The notes beneath the pieces were generated by a model that worked only from the letters and a program-made list of their open reading frames with translations, was not told the origin of the DNA and ran no database searches. DNA of 62,720 nt, the filler included. It is 11 parts of 11 records of this genome, joined end to end, with 100 filler letters (N's around TTAATTAATTAA, not from the genome) between each part and the next. Parts side by side here need not be neighbours in the genome. Positions count along the whole stretch, not along the records: positions 12,011 to 16,981 come from SRR11831586_62; positions 17,082 to 21,484 come from SRR11831586_66; positions 21,585 to 23,786 come from SRR11831586_67; positions 23,887 to 26,835 come from SRR11831586_68; 7 more parts are not named here. One strand, written 5' to 3'. Positions within the stretch are counted from its first letter, which is position 1. Each line of letters starts with the position of its first letter. This document shows positions 14,110-26,319 of this stretch, one piece after another. The translations under genes and the position numbers were made by a program.

Positions 14110-14877
14110 TTAAGCCTGTTTAGCCGCTTCTGCAGCTTTAACGATTACTGCGAAGGCGTCAGCTTTCAGAGAAGCACCACCAACCAGCGCGCCGTCGATA
14201 TCCGGCTGAGCAAACAGTTCTGCAGCGTTAGACGCGTTTACAGAGCCGCCGTACTGAATGATCACTTGTTCAGCGATGTTAGCGTCAACTTTAGCGATGT
14301 GGTCACGGATGAATTTGTGAACAGCCTGTGCCTGAGCCGGAGTTGCAGATTTGCCAGTACCGATTGCCCATACAGGTTCGTAAGCGATAACCGCACCTTC
14401 GAATGCCGCAGCACCCTGAGTTTTCAGTACCGCGTCGATCTGACGTGCGCAAACTTCTTCAGTTTTGCCCGCTTCATTTTCAGCTTCGGTTTCACCGATG
14501 CACAGAACCGGAGTCAGGCCCTGCTCTTTCAGCACCGCGAATTTTTTCGCGATCAGTTCGTCAGATTCTTTGTGGTAAGTACGACGTTCAGAGTGACCGA
14601 TGATGATGTACTGTGCGCCGATGTCTTTCAGCATAGCAGCAGAGGTTTCACCGGTGAATGCGCCGGACAGGTTCAGGTCCACGTTTTGCGCACCCAGCAT
14701 GATGTGGCTGCCTTCAGCTTCGCGCTTCGCCATATCGATATACATTTCCGGTGGTGCGATTGCAACCGCACAGCCAGCAACACCTGCCAGCTCTTTACGC
14801 AGGTTAGAAACCAGCTCGTGAACCATGTGGCGGCTGCCGTTCAGTTTCCAGTTACCCATCACTAAAGGATGTCGCAT
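14110..14877 (-). CDS. tpiA: triosephosphate isomerase
   Basis: 255 aa, [11 protein letters not shown]. Confidence 0.99.
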
Positions 14878-14985
14878 TTTAATTCTCCACGCTTATAAGC
14901 GAATAAAGGAAGATGGCCGCCCCGCCAGGGCAGCAGGTCTGTGAAACAGTATAGAGATTCATCGGCACAAAGGCTTTGCTTTTTG

Positions 14986-15585
14986 TCATTTATTCAAACC
15001 TTCAAGCGATTCAGATAGCGCCAGCTTAATCGGTTCAACAGCGAAGGTCAGCCCCTTTTCGCCGTTGTCCGCGACAACATAACGCAGTGCACCTTCTGTC
15101 TCGGTGTAATAACGTTTGTTTTTCCCCGCCGTTAGTAGCGACTGCAGTTTTTTCTGGCTTTGTGTTTTGGTCATTAATGGGGTGAGTGTGCGGATCACCG
15201 CTGCCATGTATTCCTGAGCTTTCGCTTTCGCGGCTTTTTGCTCTGGCCCCTGGATGGGTAGCCAGGTCATTTGAATGCTTTTGATTTTTAAGGTACCGCG
15301 CTCCAGCGCTGTAGAAGCATACAAGTTCTCATTAATTTTACTTGCAGCACGAGTGAGATTGGCTTTGTCGGGACTGCTGTCGATGGCACGAAATTCGTTC
15401 AGTGGCAGGCTGGGATTCTGGCTGTTAAAGTCTTCTCGAAACTGGCTGATGGAGAGATCGAAAGTAGGGGCTCCAGCCAGCAGATAAGGCGCGGTCGTTG
15501 CCGTATCTGGTGTTTGTGCATGCGCCTCTGTTGTAACGGTTAATGCAGAACATAAGAGAAAAAACAGCGTACACCCTGGCTTCAT
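14986..15585 (-). CDS. yiiQ: DUF1454 family protein
   Basis: 199 aa, position next to tpiA. Confidence 0.9.
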   Translation of the reverse strand: MKPGCTLFFLLCSALTVTTEAHAQTPDTATTAPYLLAGAPTFDLSISQFREDFNSQNPSLPLNEFRAIDSSPDKANLTRAASKINENLYASTALERGTLKIKSIQMTWLPIQGPEQKAAKAKAQEYMAAVIRTLTPLMTKTQSQKKLQSLLTAGKNKRYYTETEGALRYVVADNGEKGLTFAVEPIKLALSESLEGLNK

Positions 15586-15685
15586 TGACAGTACCTTTTG
15601 TTATGACTGGCTCCGATTAAAACGATATCTGTCGCCCTTGTCAAAAGGGTAGAATCCTGGAAAAGACAACCATCAAGGAACTTAC

Positions 15686-16126
15686 ATGACCATACAGCAA
15701 TGGTTATTCTCATTTAAAGGGCGTATTGGACGCCGTGATTTCTGGATTTGGATAGGCCTGTGGTTCGCAGGCATGCTGGTGCTTTTCTCACTGGCGGGTA
15801 AGAATCTACTCGATATTCAGACCGCGGCGTTTTGCCTTGTGTGCTTGCTCTGGCCAACAGCGGCAGTAACTGTTAAGCGCTTGCATGATCGCGGGCGTTC
15901 CGGCGCATGGGCATTTCTGATGATTGTGGCGTGGATGCTGCTGGCGGGTAACTGGGCGATTTTACCGGGTGTCTGGCAATGGGCGGTGGGGCGTTTTGTC
16001 CCGACGTTGATTCTGGTGATGATGCTTATCGATCTTGGTGCGTTTGTTGGCACACAAGGCGAAAATAAATATGGTAAAGATACTCAGGATGTGAAGTATA
16101 AAGCCGACAATAAATCAAGTAATTAA
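15686..16126 (+). CDS. yiiR: DUF805 inner membrane protein
   Basis: 146 aa, KRLHDRGRSG motif. Confidence 0.92.
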   Translation: MTIQQWLFSFKGRIGRRDFWIWIGLWFAGMLVLFSLAGKNLLDIQTAAFCLVCLLWPTAAVTVKRLHDRGRSGAWAFLMIVAWMLLAGNWAILPGVWQWAVGRFVPTLILVMMLIDLGAFVGTQGENKYGKDTQDVKYKADNKSSN

Positions 16127-16337
16127 CCTTTAATATATCTCTTACTGCTATTTTTTTCCGGGATTGTTATTTCCACGATGCAAATGACAATACCCGGAAA
16201 ATCCTTCTGAACTCTTCACCTTAAGCAATATCAAAAAAAATGGTAATCCATAAGATCATTACTTGTTTGTTCTTCCCTTAACGGCGCATTATTCTTAAGT
16301 CGTAATCGACAGAGAGGCGAATATACAGAGGTGCCCT

Positions 16338-16637
16338 ATGAAAGATGTCGTAGATAAATGCAGTACTAAAGGATGTGCGATTGATATCGGTACGGTGATT
16401 GATAACGACAACTGTACCAGTAAGTTTTCGCGCTTTTTTGCCACCCGCGAAGAAGCAGAGTCTTTTATGACCAAACTGAAAGAGCTTGCCGCCGCTACAT
16501 CCTCTGCAGATGAAGGGGCCAGCGTGGCCTATAAGATTAAGGATCTGGAGGGGCAAGTTGAGCTTGATGCGGCCTTCACTTTCTCATGCCAGGCCGAGAT
16601 GATTATTTTTGAGTTATCACTGCGTTCGTTAGCTTGA
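16338..16637 (+). CDS. yiiS: YfcZ/YiiS family protein
   Basis: 99 aa, E. coli gene order. Confidence 0.9.
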
Positions 16638-16663
16638 TGGAGTTGCTTTAGAAGGAGTTAAAC

Positions 16664-16981
16664 ATGGCTTATAAACACATTGGCGTGGCAATTTCCGGGA
16701 ATGAAGAAGATGCCTTACTGGTGAATAAAGCCCTGGAGCTCGCCAGACATAATGACGCTCACCTGACGTTAATTCATATTGATGATGGCTTAAGCGAGTT
16801 GTATCCGGGTATCTACTTCCCTGCAACAGAAGATATTCTTCAATTGTTGAAGAATAAGTCGGATAACAAGCTGTATAAACTGACGAAAAATATTCAATGG
16901 CCGAAGACAAAACTGCGTATTGAACGCGGAGAAATGCCGGAAACACTGCTGGAAATTATGCAAAAAGAGCAGTGCGACCTC
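16664..16981 (+). CDS. uspD: universal stress protein D (3' truncated)
   Basis: Starts [11 protein letters not shown] and runs into the spacer. Confidence 0.93.
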
Positions 16982-17081
16982 NNNNNNNNNNNNNNNNNNN
17001 NNNNNNNNNNNNNNNNNNNNNNNNNTTAATTAATTAANNNNNNNNNNNNNNNNNNNNNNNNNNNNNNNNNNNNNNNNNNNN

Positions 17082-18264
17082 TCCTCAATATTGGGGATAA
17101 ATTCCTGCTCGACGCCAACCTGGGTAAAGGTGAAGGCGACAAAGAAAAAGTCGGTATCGACTACAAAGGCCTGCCTGCTGACGTCGTGCCTGGTGACATC
17201 CTGCTGCTGGACGATGGTCGCGTCCAGTTAAAAGTACTGGAAGTTCAGGGCATGAAAGTGTTCACCGAAGTCACCGTCGGTGGTCCCCTCTCCAACAATA
17301 AAGGTATCAACAAACTTGGCGGCGGTTTGTCGGCTGAAGCGCTGACCGAAAAAGACAAAGCAGACATTAAGACTGCGGCGTTGATTGGCGTAGATTACCT
17401 GGCTGTCTCCTTCCCACGCTGTGGCGAAGATCTGAACTATGCCCGTCGCCTGGCACGCGATGCAGGATGTGATGCGAAAATTGTTGCCAAGGTTGAACGT
17501 GCGGAAGCCGTTTGCAGCCAGGATGCAATGGATGACATCATCCTCGCCTCTGACGTGGTAATGGTTGCACGTGGCGACCTCGGTGTGGAAATTGGCGACC
17601 CGGAACTGGTCGGCATTCAGAAAGCGTTGATCCGTCGTGCGCGTCAGCTAAACCGAGCGGTAATCACGGCGACCCAGATGATGGAGTCAATGATTACTAA
17701 CCCGATGCCGACGCGTGCAGAAGTCATGGACGTAGCAAACGCCGTTCTGGATGGTACTGACGCTGTGATGCTGTCTGCAGAAACTGCCGCTGGGCAGTAT
17801 CCGTCAGAAACCGTTGCAGCCATGGCGCGCGTTTGCCTGGGTGCGGAAAAAATCCCGAGCATCAACGTTTCTAAACACCGTCTGGACGTTCAGTTCGACA
17901 ATGTGGAAGAAGCTATTGCCATGTCAGCAATGTACGCAGCTAACCACCTGAAAGGCGTTACGGCGATCATCACCATGACCGAATCGGGTCGTACCGCGCT
18001 GATGACCTCCCGTATCAGCTCTGGTCTGCCAATTTTCGCCATGTCGCGCCATGAACGTACGCTGAACCTGACTGCTCTCTATCGTGGCGTTACGCCGGTG
18101 CACTTTGATAGCGCTAATGACGGCGTAGCAGCTGCCAGCGAAGCGGTTAATCTGCTGCGCGATAAAGGTTACTTGATGTCTGGTGACCTGGTGATTGTCA
18201 CCCAGGGCGACGTGATGAGTACCGTGGGTTCTACTAATACCACGCGTATTTAACGGTAGAGTAA
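17082..18264 (+). CDS. pykA: pyruvate kinase II, 3' part; last codons disrupted by a missing T
   Basis: [10 protein letters not shown] and ATQMMESM motifs; ATT TAA where the end ...TTRILTVE* is expected. Confidence 0.96.
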
Positions 18265-18271
18265 GTACGTT

Positions 18272-18305
18272 GCCGGATGCGGCGAAAACGCCACATCCGG
18301 CCTAC
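18272..18305. repeat. REP element
   Basis: GCCGGATGCGGCGAAAACGCCACATCCGGCCTAC. Confidence 0.85.
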
Positions 18306-18394
18306 AGTTCAATGATAGTTCAACAGATTTCGAATATTCTGAAGCAAACTTGAACTTATCATCAGGCGAAGGCCTCTCCTCGCGAGAGGCTTTT

Positions 18395-19366
18395 TTATTT
18401 GATGGGATAAAGATCTTTGCGCTTATACGGCTGGATTTCGCCCGGTTTGCGAGTTTTCAGCAATTTTAGTATCCAGGTGTATTGTTCTGGTCGCGGACCA
18501 ACAAAAATCTCGACTTCTTCATTCATCCGCCGCGCAATCGTATGATCATCCGCCTCTAACAGATCATCCATCGGTGGGCGCACCTGAATCGTCAGACGAT
18601 GCGTCTTGCCATCATAAATCGGAAACAGCGGTACAACGCGCGCACGGCACACTTTCATCAAACGACCAATCGCGGGCAACGTCGCTTTATAGGTGGCAAA
18701 GAAATCCACAAATTCGCTGTGCTCTGGGCCATGATCCTGATCGGGTAAATAATATCCCCAGTACCCCTGACGTACCGACTGGATGAATGGTTTAATACCG
18801 TCATTTCTCGCATGCAGACGACCGCCAAAGCGACGACGCACCGTGTTCCAGACATAATCAAAAACCGGGTTGCCCTGATTATGGAACATCGCTGCCATTT
18901 TCTGCCCTTGCGAGGCCATCAGCATGGCAGGAATATCGACGGCCCAACCGTGCGGCACCAGAAAGATAACTTTCTCGTTATTACGCCGCATCTCTTCGAT
19001 GATCTCCAGCCCTTGCCAGTCAACGCGCGGCTGAATTTTCTCCGGCCCGCGTATTGCCAACTCAGCCATCATTGCCATCGCTTGCGGCGCGGTGGCAAAC
19101 ATCTCATCAACAATCGCTTCGCGTTCAGCTTCACTACGTTCTGGAAAGCAGAGCGACAGATTGATTAACGCACGACGGCGTGAGCTTTTTCCCAGTCGTC
19201 CGGCAAAACGTCCCAGCCGTGCCAGAATGGGATCACGGAACTTTGGCGGCGTTAAAGCGATACCCGCTATCGCTGCTACGCCCAGCCATGCTCCCCAGTA
19301 GCGCGGGTGGCGAAAGGATTTATCAAACTCAGGAATGTATTCGCTATTATTTTTTTTCGTTTCCAT
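18395..19366 (-). CDS. lpxM: lipid A myristoyltransferase (MsbB)
   Basis: 323 aa, starts [10 protein letters not shown]; lies between pykA and mepM. Confidence 0.97.
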   Translation of the reverse strand: METKKNNSEYIPEFDKSFRHPRYWGAWLGVAAIAGIALTPPKFRDPILARLGRFAGRLGKSSRRRALINLSLCFPERSEAEREAIVDEMFATAPQAMAMMAELAIRGPEKIQPRVDWQGLEIIEEMRRNNEKVIFLVPHGWAVDIPAMLMASQGQKMAAMFHNQGNPVFDYVWNTVRRRFGGRLHARNDGIKPFIQSVRQGYWGYYLPDQDHGPEHSEFVDFFATYKATLPAIGRLMKVCRARVVPLFPIYDGKTHRLTIQVRPPMDDLLEADDHTIARRMNEEVEIFVGPRPEQYTWILKLLKTRKPGEIQPYKRKDLYPIK

Positions 19367-19485
19367 GCTTTTCCAGTTTCGGATAAGGCAAAAATCAATC
19401 TGGTGATAGTGTAGCGGCGCAACTTGCCCCGCACCAAATAAAAAAAGCCGGTACTGACTGCGTACCGGCTGCGAATGGATGTTAA

Positions 19486-20808
19486 TTAATCAAACCGTAG
19501 CTGCGGCACAATCTCTTTGGCCTGCGCCAGGAATTCGCGACGATCGGAGCCGGTCAGCCCTTCGGTACGCGGCAGTTTTGCCGTCAGCGGGTTTACGGCC
19601 TGCTGGTTTATCCATACTTCATAGTGCAGATGCGGCCCGGTTGAACGTCCGGTATTACCGGAAAGCGCGATACGGTCGCCACGTTTCACCTTCTGTCCCG
19701 GTTTCACCAGAATCTTGCGCAAGTGCATATAACGCGTGGTGTAGCTGCGACCATGACGAATAGCCACATAATAACCTGCTGCGCCACTGCGTTTGGCAAC
19801 CACCACTTCACCGTCACCCACTGAAAGCACTGGCGTACCCTGCGGCATGGCGAAATCAACACCTCTGTGTGGTGCAACGCGACCGGTCACCGGATTAGTA
19901 CGACGCGGGTTAAAATTAGACGAGATACGGAACTGTTTCGCCGTCGGGAATCGCAAGAATCCTTTCGCCAGACCAGTACCGTTACGATCGTAGAATTTGC
20001 CATCTTCAGCGCGGATAGCGTAATAATCTTTACCTTCTGAACGCAAACGTACGCCCAGCAGCTGGCTTTGCTCACGTTTACCATCAAGCATTTCTCGAGA
20101 CATTAACACCGCAAATTCATCGCCTTTTTTCAGTTTGCGGAAATCCATTTGCCACTGCATGGCTTTAATCACTGCGCTCACTTCGGCGCTGGTTAAACCG
20201 GCGTTTCTGGCGCTGGCAACAAAGCTTCCCCCGACGGTACCTTTCAGCAGATTGTTAACCCACTCTCCTTGCTGCATTTCGCTGGTCATTTTAAAACCGT
20301 TAGCGGCAGTACGGTCATAGGTTCGGGTTTCACGACGAGACACTTCCCAGGTGAGGCGCTGCAGTTCGCCGTCCGCGGTTAATGTCCAGGAGAGTTGTTG
20401 ACCGATTTTCAGGTTACGCAATTCTTTGTCGGCCGCAGCCAGTTGGGTGATATCACCCATATCAATACCATACTGATTGAGAATGCTGCTTAGCGTATCG
20501 CCAGTGGAAACAACATATTCATGCACGCCCGCTTCACCGGCGATTTTGTCATCCAGTTCGTCCTGGGGAATGGCTTCATCTTCTTGTGCAGCTTGATCAA
20601 TCGGCTCACTGGCTTCAGGTAAGAGCGAACGAATTTCGTTCTGTTCCAGCTCAATGGTTTTGACAATTGGCGTGGCATCACGGTGATAAACATAAGGCCG
20701 CCAGACAGCGACGGCCAGAGTAAGAACGGTGAGCGACCCCAACATAACGCGGTGTGGTCGCGGTAAATTATTAAACGCCAGGGCGACAGAGCGGGCTATC
20801 TGTTGCAC
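19486..20808 (-). CDS. mepM: murein DD-endopeptidase (M23/LysM)
   Basis: 440 aa, HRGVDF and HLHYE motifs. Confidence 0.97.
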
Positions 20809-20823
20809 GTAATCACTTCCTCA

Positions 20824-21484
20824 TTAATCTCCTTTCAGGCAGCTCGCATACTGGTTGGCTAATTGACTCAGGAATTCTGAATAGCTTGTTTTACCCAGTT
20901 TGATATTCGTCCCCAGGGGATCCAACGTTCCCATACGAACGGATGTCCCTCGTGCGACGCTCTCAACGACCGCTGGCCTGAACTGTGGCTCAGCAAAAAC
21001 GCAGGTTGCTTTTTGCTCAACCAACTGTGTTCTTATTTCATGTAAACGCTGCGCGCCAGGTTGAATCTCAGGGTTAACGGTAAAATGACCAAGCGGTGTC
21101 AGTCCAAACTGTTTTTCGAAATAGCCGTAAGCATCGTGAAAAACGAAATAAACCTTTCCCCTTGAGCGGCGCGAGCTCGTTACCAACCTGCGTTTCGGTT
21201 GAGGCTAATTGTGCCTCAAAATCCTTCAGGTTGGCGTCAAGTTTGGCTCGACTTTGCGGCATAAGTTCCACTAATTTTCCATGGATTGCAACCGCTGTAG
21301 CCCGCGCTATCTCTGGGGAAAGCCAAAGATGCATGTTGAAATCGCCGTGATGGTGATCTTCGTCACTTTTTTCCGCGTGGTCGTGATCATCATCATCGCC
21401 GTGAATACTTTTCATCAGTAGCGGTTTCACATCTTCAAGCTGCGCAATCGTTACCTGCTTCGCTCCTGGTAATTTGCTTACCGG
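20824..21484 (-). CDS. znuA: zinc ABC transporter periplasmic protein, 3' part, with apparent +1 frameshift near 21150
   Basis: His/Asp-rich loop and HLWLSP in one frame, FHDAYGYF in another. Confidence 0.93.
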
Positions 21485-21584
21485 NNNNNNNNNNNNNNNN
21501 NNNNNNNNNNNNNNNNNNNNNNNNNNNNTTAATTAATTAANNNNNNNNNNNNNNNNNNNNNNNNNNNNNNNNNNNNNNNNNNNN

Positions 21585-21946
21585 TAGACGCTGGGCTGAC
21601 AGAACGACAAAAACAACGAATTGTTGAACAGGTTCCCTCCCGGCTACGCAAACTTTACCACACCGGTTTTAAATACGAATCTTCGCGCCAGTTCTGTTCA
21701 AAATTTGTTTTTGATATTTATAAAGAAGCGCTATGTATTCCGGTGGGTGAAATAGAGACGTTTGGAGAATTGTTAAATAGCAATCCGAATGCAAAACTCA
21801 CTTTCTGGAAATTCTGGTTCCTGGGTTCTATTCCGTGGGAGCGTAAAACCGTCACGCCAGCCAGTTTGTGGCATCATCCGGGTTTGGTGTTGATTCATGC
21901 GGAGGGAGTGGAAACGCCTCAGCCGGAACTGACCGAGGCGGTATAA
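21585..21946 (+). CDS. yebB: YebB permuted papain-like protein, 3' part
   Basis: C-terminus ...PQPELTEAV convergent with ruvC. Confidence 0.85.
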
Positions 21947-21947
21947 C

Positions 21948-22469
21948 TTAACGCAGTCGCCCTCTCGCCAGGTTCAGCCGCGATTCGCTCATCTGCATCG
22001 CATTCTGACTAACGTGGCAGTGGGTGATAGCAATCGCCAGCGCATCGGCGGCATCCGCCTGTGGATTAGCGGGCAGTTTCAGCAAGGTGCGGACCATATG
22101 CTGCACCTGGCTTTTTTCGGCACTGCCAATACCTACCACCGTTTGCTTTACCTGACGTGCCGCGTATTCAAATACTGGCAACTCCTGATTCACCGCCGCC
22201 ACAATCGCCACGCCGCGCGCCTGGCCCAGTTTCAGGGCTGAGTCAGCGTTCTTTGCCATAAAGACTTGTTCAATGGCGAAATAATCAGGCTGGAACTGGG
22301 TGATGATTTCCGTCACGCCCGCATAGATGAGTTTCAGACGAGACGGTAAATCATCCACTTTGGTGCGGATGCATCCGCTACCCAGGTAGGACAGTTGCCT
22401 ACCTACCTGGCGGATGACGCCGTAGCCGGTCACGCGCGAACCCGGATCAATGCCGAGAATAATAGCCAT
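21948..22469 (-). CDS. ruvC: Holliday junction resolvase
   Basis: Starts [11 protein letters not shown], 173 aa. Confidence 0.98.
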
Positions 22470-22503
22470 CACGCGTCTCCGTTTTGCTGTTTAGCAGGCC
22501 TCA

Positions 22504-23244
22504 TCAGAGAGTCGCTGCGACCTCATCAGAGATTTCACCGTTATGGTAAACTTCCTGCACGTCGTCGCAATCTTCCAGCATATCGATCAGACGCATCAGT
22601 TTCGGTGCGGTTTCTGCATCCATATCAGCTTTGGTAGACGGGATCATGGAAACTTCCGCGCTGTCTGCTTTCAGACCTGCCGCTTCCAGAGCGTCGCGCA
22701 CTTTACCCATTTCTTCCCATGCAGTGTAGACATCAATCGCGCCGTCATCATAGGTCACAACGTCTTCAGCACCTGCTTCCAGTGCTGCTTCCATGATGGT
22801 GTCTTCATCGCCTTTCTCGAAGGAGATCACGCCTTTTTTGCTGAACAGATAGGCAACGGAACCATCAGTACCGAGGTTACCGCCACATTTGCTAAATGCA
22901 TGACGCACTTCAGCAACGGTACGGTTGCGGTTGTCAGACAGACATTCAATCATGATTGCCGTGCCGCCAGGACCGTAACCTTCGTAGATGATGGTTTCCA
23001 TGTTTGCATCATCATCACCGCCCACACCACGTGCAATTGCGCGGTTCAGTGTGTCACGGGTCATGTTGTTAGACAGTGCTTTATCCACCGCCGCACGCAG
23101 ACGCGGGTTAGCGTCCGGATCGCCACCGCCCAGCTTAGCCGCGGTTACCAGCTCACGAATGATTTTAGTGAAGATTTTACCGCGCTTAGCATCCTGCGCA
23201 GCTTTACGATGTCTGGTGTTGGCCCATTTACTATGACCTGCCAT
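22504..23244 (-). CDS. yebC: YebC/PmpR family protein
   Basis: 246 aa, starts MAGHSKW. Confidence 0.98.
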
Positions 23245-23272
23245 AAAAATATCTCCAGATAGCCCTGCCTGT

Positions 23273-23725
23273 TCAGGCAGCGTTAATTACAAACTGTTCA
23301 ATCGCCTGCCGGTTGCTCCAGGACTTAGTGAGCGCCGCCGCAGCAGGCGCATCAAGCCACTTGTAAGCCAGATGTTCAGTGAAAACGATCTGCCGCTCGT
23401 GCGGAAGCGCAAGACAGAACCATGATTCCGTATTACGCGTCACGCCCGGCGCATAGCGATGACGTAAATGTGAAAAAATTTCAAACTCTACCGTGCGCTG
23501 ACAGTCAATTAAGGTCAGTTGTTCAGCGACAACATCAATGGTGACCTCTTCCTTTACTTCGCGCATGGCAGCTTGCGGCGCGGTTTCACCCTCTTCCACG
23601 CTGCCGGTTACCGACTGCCAGAAATCGGGATCGTCACGCCGCTGCAACATCAGCACCCGTTTCGTATCTTGTGCGTAGATGACCACTAAGATCGAAACGG
23701 GACGCTTATACACTTTATCCTTCAC
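23273..23725 (-). CDS. nudB: dihydroneopterin triphosphate pyrophosphatase (Nudix)
   Basis: GTG start, 150 aa, Nudix box [20 protein letters not shown]. Confidence 0.95.
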
Positions 23726-23786
23726 GCTGCCTCTTCGTTGACTGCCTTCGCTCATCCCATTCACATAGTTATCTATGCTCATGGGA
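23707..23786 (-). repeat. ERIC/IRU element (truncated by contig edge) overlapping the nudB start
   Basis: Minus strand reads ...AACGAAGAGGCAGCGTGAAGGATAAAGTGTATA, close to the end of the ERIC copy at 49105-49231. Confidence 0.85.
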
Positions 23787-23886
23787 NNNNNNNNNNNNNN
23801 NNNNNNNNNNNNNNNNNNNNNNNNNNNNNNTTAATTAATTAANNNNNNNNNNNNNNNNNNNNNNNNNNNNNNNNNNNNNNNNNNNN

Positions 23887-24576
23887 GTGCACGGCCTGGA
23901 TGCGCCGGGGCAGTTCAGCACCGCGCGCGATATGGCATTGCTGGGTAAAGCATTGATCCACGATGTGCCGGAAGAGTACGCCATTCATAAAGAGAAAGAG
24001 TTCACCTTCAACAAAATTCGTCAGCCTAACCGTAACCGTCTGCTGTGGAGCAGCAATCTGAATGTTGATGGCATGAAGACAGGAACCACGGCAGGCGCGG
24101 GATATAATCTGGTTGCTTCGGCTACCCAGGGCGATATGCGTTTAATCTCCGTAGTGTTGGGGGCGAAAACCGACCGTTTCCGTTTTAATGAGTCTGAGAA
24201 ATTATTGACCTGGGGTTTCCGCTTCTTTGAAACCGTGACGCCAATTAAACCTGATGCCACCTTTGTGACTCAGCGCGTCTGGTTTGGTGATAAGAGCGAA
24301 GTGAATCTCGGGGCAGGTGAAGCGGGCTCAGTGACCATACCGCGTGGGCAGCTGAAAAACCTGAAAGCGAGTTATACGTTAACGGAACCGCAGCTTACCG
24401 CACCGCTGAAAAAAGGTCAGGTTGTCGGGACCATTGATTTCCAGCTTAACGGTAAATCCATTGAGCAGCGTCCGCTGATCGTGATGGAAAATGTGGAAGA
24501 GGGCGGATTCTTTGGTCGGGTGTGGGATTTCGTGATGATGAAATTCCATCAGTGGTTCGGCAGCTGGTTCTCTTAA
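23887..24576 (+). CDS. dacC: D-Ala-D-Ala carboxypeptidase PBP6, 3' part
   Basis: KTG motif, amphipathic C-terminus, convergent with deoR. Confidence 0.95.
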   Translation: MHGLDAPGQFSTARDMALLGKALIHDVPEEYAIHKEKEFTFNKIRQPNRNRLLWSSNLNVDGMKTGTTAGAGYNLVASATQGDMRLISVVLGAKTDRFRFNESEKLLTWGFRFFETVTPIKPDATFVTQRVWFGDKSEVNLGAGEAGSVTIPRGQLKNLKASYTLTEPQLTAPLKKGQVVGTIDFQLNGKSIEQRPLIVMENVEEGGFFGRVWDFVMMKFHQWFGSWFS

Positions 24577-24622
24577 TCTTCTGATAACCGGATGGCGCGA
24601 AACGTCATCCGGTTATACGTCA

Positions 24623-25381
24623 TTAATACATCAACTTAATGCGCTGCGTCTGCGCGTACTTCACATACTCATCTTCCGGGCAACAATCGCTCACCACAAT
24701 ATCAAAGCGTTTCAGGTCACCCATGCGCGCCGGACGCACCTTGCCAAATTTACTGTGGTCGACAACCAGCACATGCTTTTGCGCCATCGACATGGCCCAG
24801 TGTTTTACCGGCAACTCTTCAAGATTAAAACAGGTAGCGCCTTTACTGACATGCACGCCCGCCGCAGAATAAAAAGCGATATCCGGGCAAAAATTATTCA
24901 GCGTTTGCTGAAAATCGATGGGTTTGAAAATGGCGTTGCTGGCGTGAAATTCACCACCGCAAAGAAACGCGCGGCAATGGGGTTTCTCTTTCAGCGCCAG
25001 AAAGGTATTTAGCGAATAACAAACGGCGGTAAAAGGGATTTCATTATCAATCGCTTCAATAATCCACGGCGTGGTGGTGCCACAGTCAAAAAAGAGGGTC
25101 TGATCGGGTTCTACCAGCGTCGCAGCCAGTTTTGCCGCCCGGCGTTTTTCTTCCACCAGGCGGGATTTTTGATCGCTTAACAGGTAATGGCTGGCACTGC
25201 GCGGTTCCAGAACAATATAGCCGCCGAGCAAAACGACGGGCGCACTGTGGTTGTTCAGATCGCGACGAATCGTCATCTCCGAAACCCCAAGCAGGGCGGC
25301 GGCGTCTTTAAGATGTAACTTATCGCTGCGTTTTAATTCTTGCAGCAGCTGCCCGATACGCTCTTCGCGACGTGTTTCCAT
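24623..25381 (-). CDS. deoR: deoxyribose operon repressor
   Basis: 252 aa, intact, HTH VSEMTIRRDL. Confidence 0.97.
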   Translation of the reverse strand: METRREERIGQLLQELKRSDKLHLKDAAALLGVSEMTIRRDLNNHSAPVVLLGGYIVLEPRSASHYLLSDQKSRLVEEKRRAAKLAATLVEPDQTLFFDCGTTTPWIIEAIDNEIPFTAVCYSLNTFLALKEKPHCRAFLCGGEFHASNAIFKPIDFQQTLNNFCPDIAFYSAAGVHVSKGATCFNLEELPVKHWAMSMAQKHVLVVDHSKFGKVRPARMGDLKRFDIVVSDCCPEDEYVKYAQTQRIKLMY

Positions 25382-25438
25382 AATCCCTCTGAATAGTTAT
25401 TGAAGCGAGCCGCTCAATACTACACTTTTTAGCAGAGA

Positions 25439-26035
25439 TCAGTCACGCACCCAGCCTTTGCGGATCGGTAATGCAAAACAGACGCGATACCACGATTGCA
25501 GACGTTGATAGAGTTTATGCCCCATCGCTTGCCAGATAATCTGGGCACTAAGGCAGCCAATCATACCTGCCAGCAATCCACCGAGCATATCCAGCGGCCA
25601 GTGGACGCCAAGATAAACGCGCGACCAGGCAATGACGACGGCCAGCACCATTAAAAGTGAGCCGGACCACAGGCGATGCCAGCATAAAAATGCCAGTGCA
25701 AAGGTGAAAATCACCGTACCGTGATCGCTTGGGAATGAGTCATCCGCCGCATGATGCAGGAAGTTATAGCCGATATTTTCGACAAAGGGTCGGTCGTGCG
25801 GAAAAAGATGTCCCATCGTCCAGGACACAAACAGGCTGACCGCCAGCGCGATAGCGATTTTTATCACCAGTTGCCGTTGTGCTGTAAGCCCCCACAACCA
25901 AAGTACCACGGCCAGCAACGGCACCACGGTAATCAAATCTTTAGCAATAAAAATCGCCAACGAGATCATCCACGGAGCCGAGTCTGGCGTCGCGTTAATA
26001 AGAGAGAATAGAGAGAGATTCAAATTTTCCAGCAT
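25439..26035 (-). CDS. ybjG: undecaprenyl pyrophosphate phosphatase (PAP2)
   Basis: SFPSDH and SRVYLGVHW motifs. Confidence 0.95.
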   Translation of the reverse strand: MLENLNLSLFSLINATPDSAPWMISLAIFIAKDLITVVPLLAVVLWLWGLTAQRQLVIKIAIALAVSLFVSWTMGHLFPHDRPFVENIGYNFLHHAADDSFPSDHGTVIFTFALAFLCWHRLWSGSLLMVLAVVIAWSRVYLGVHWPLDMLGGLLAGMIGCLSAQIIWQAMGHKLYQRLQSWYRVCFALPIRKGWVRD

Positions 26036-26319
26036 AACTTCCCGACGCAAAGTGATTAAAAGGGAGCCAATACAGGCAAGTCGTTGAGAATAAAGTGCAG
26101 GTTAAACTGGGTAAAGCGGCATCGTCTTATTTCCCTCAAGCGGCCTGTTTACGGTGGGTGATTGTAACGGGCATAGGTTAAATAAAACTTAAAGAAAGCG
26201 TAGCTATACTCGTAATAATGTAAGAATGTGCTTAACCGTGGTTTCAGCTACAAAATTCGCTTTCTCGTTAGCTGCGCTTTTATTAAACTCTGCGCGATTA
26301 TTATTGGCGAAGAAATTGC

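Noticed and set aside
24178..24180. dacC TTC (Phe) where I recall Ile in the reference
   Set aside because: It is adjacent to a T-run in low-quality data and the reference is from memory, so it cannot be told apart from an error.
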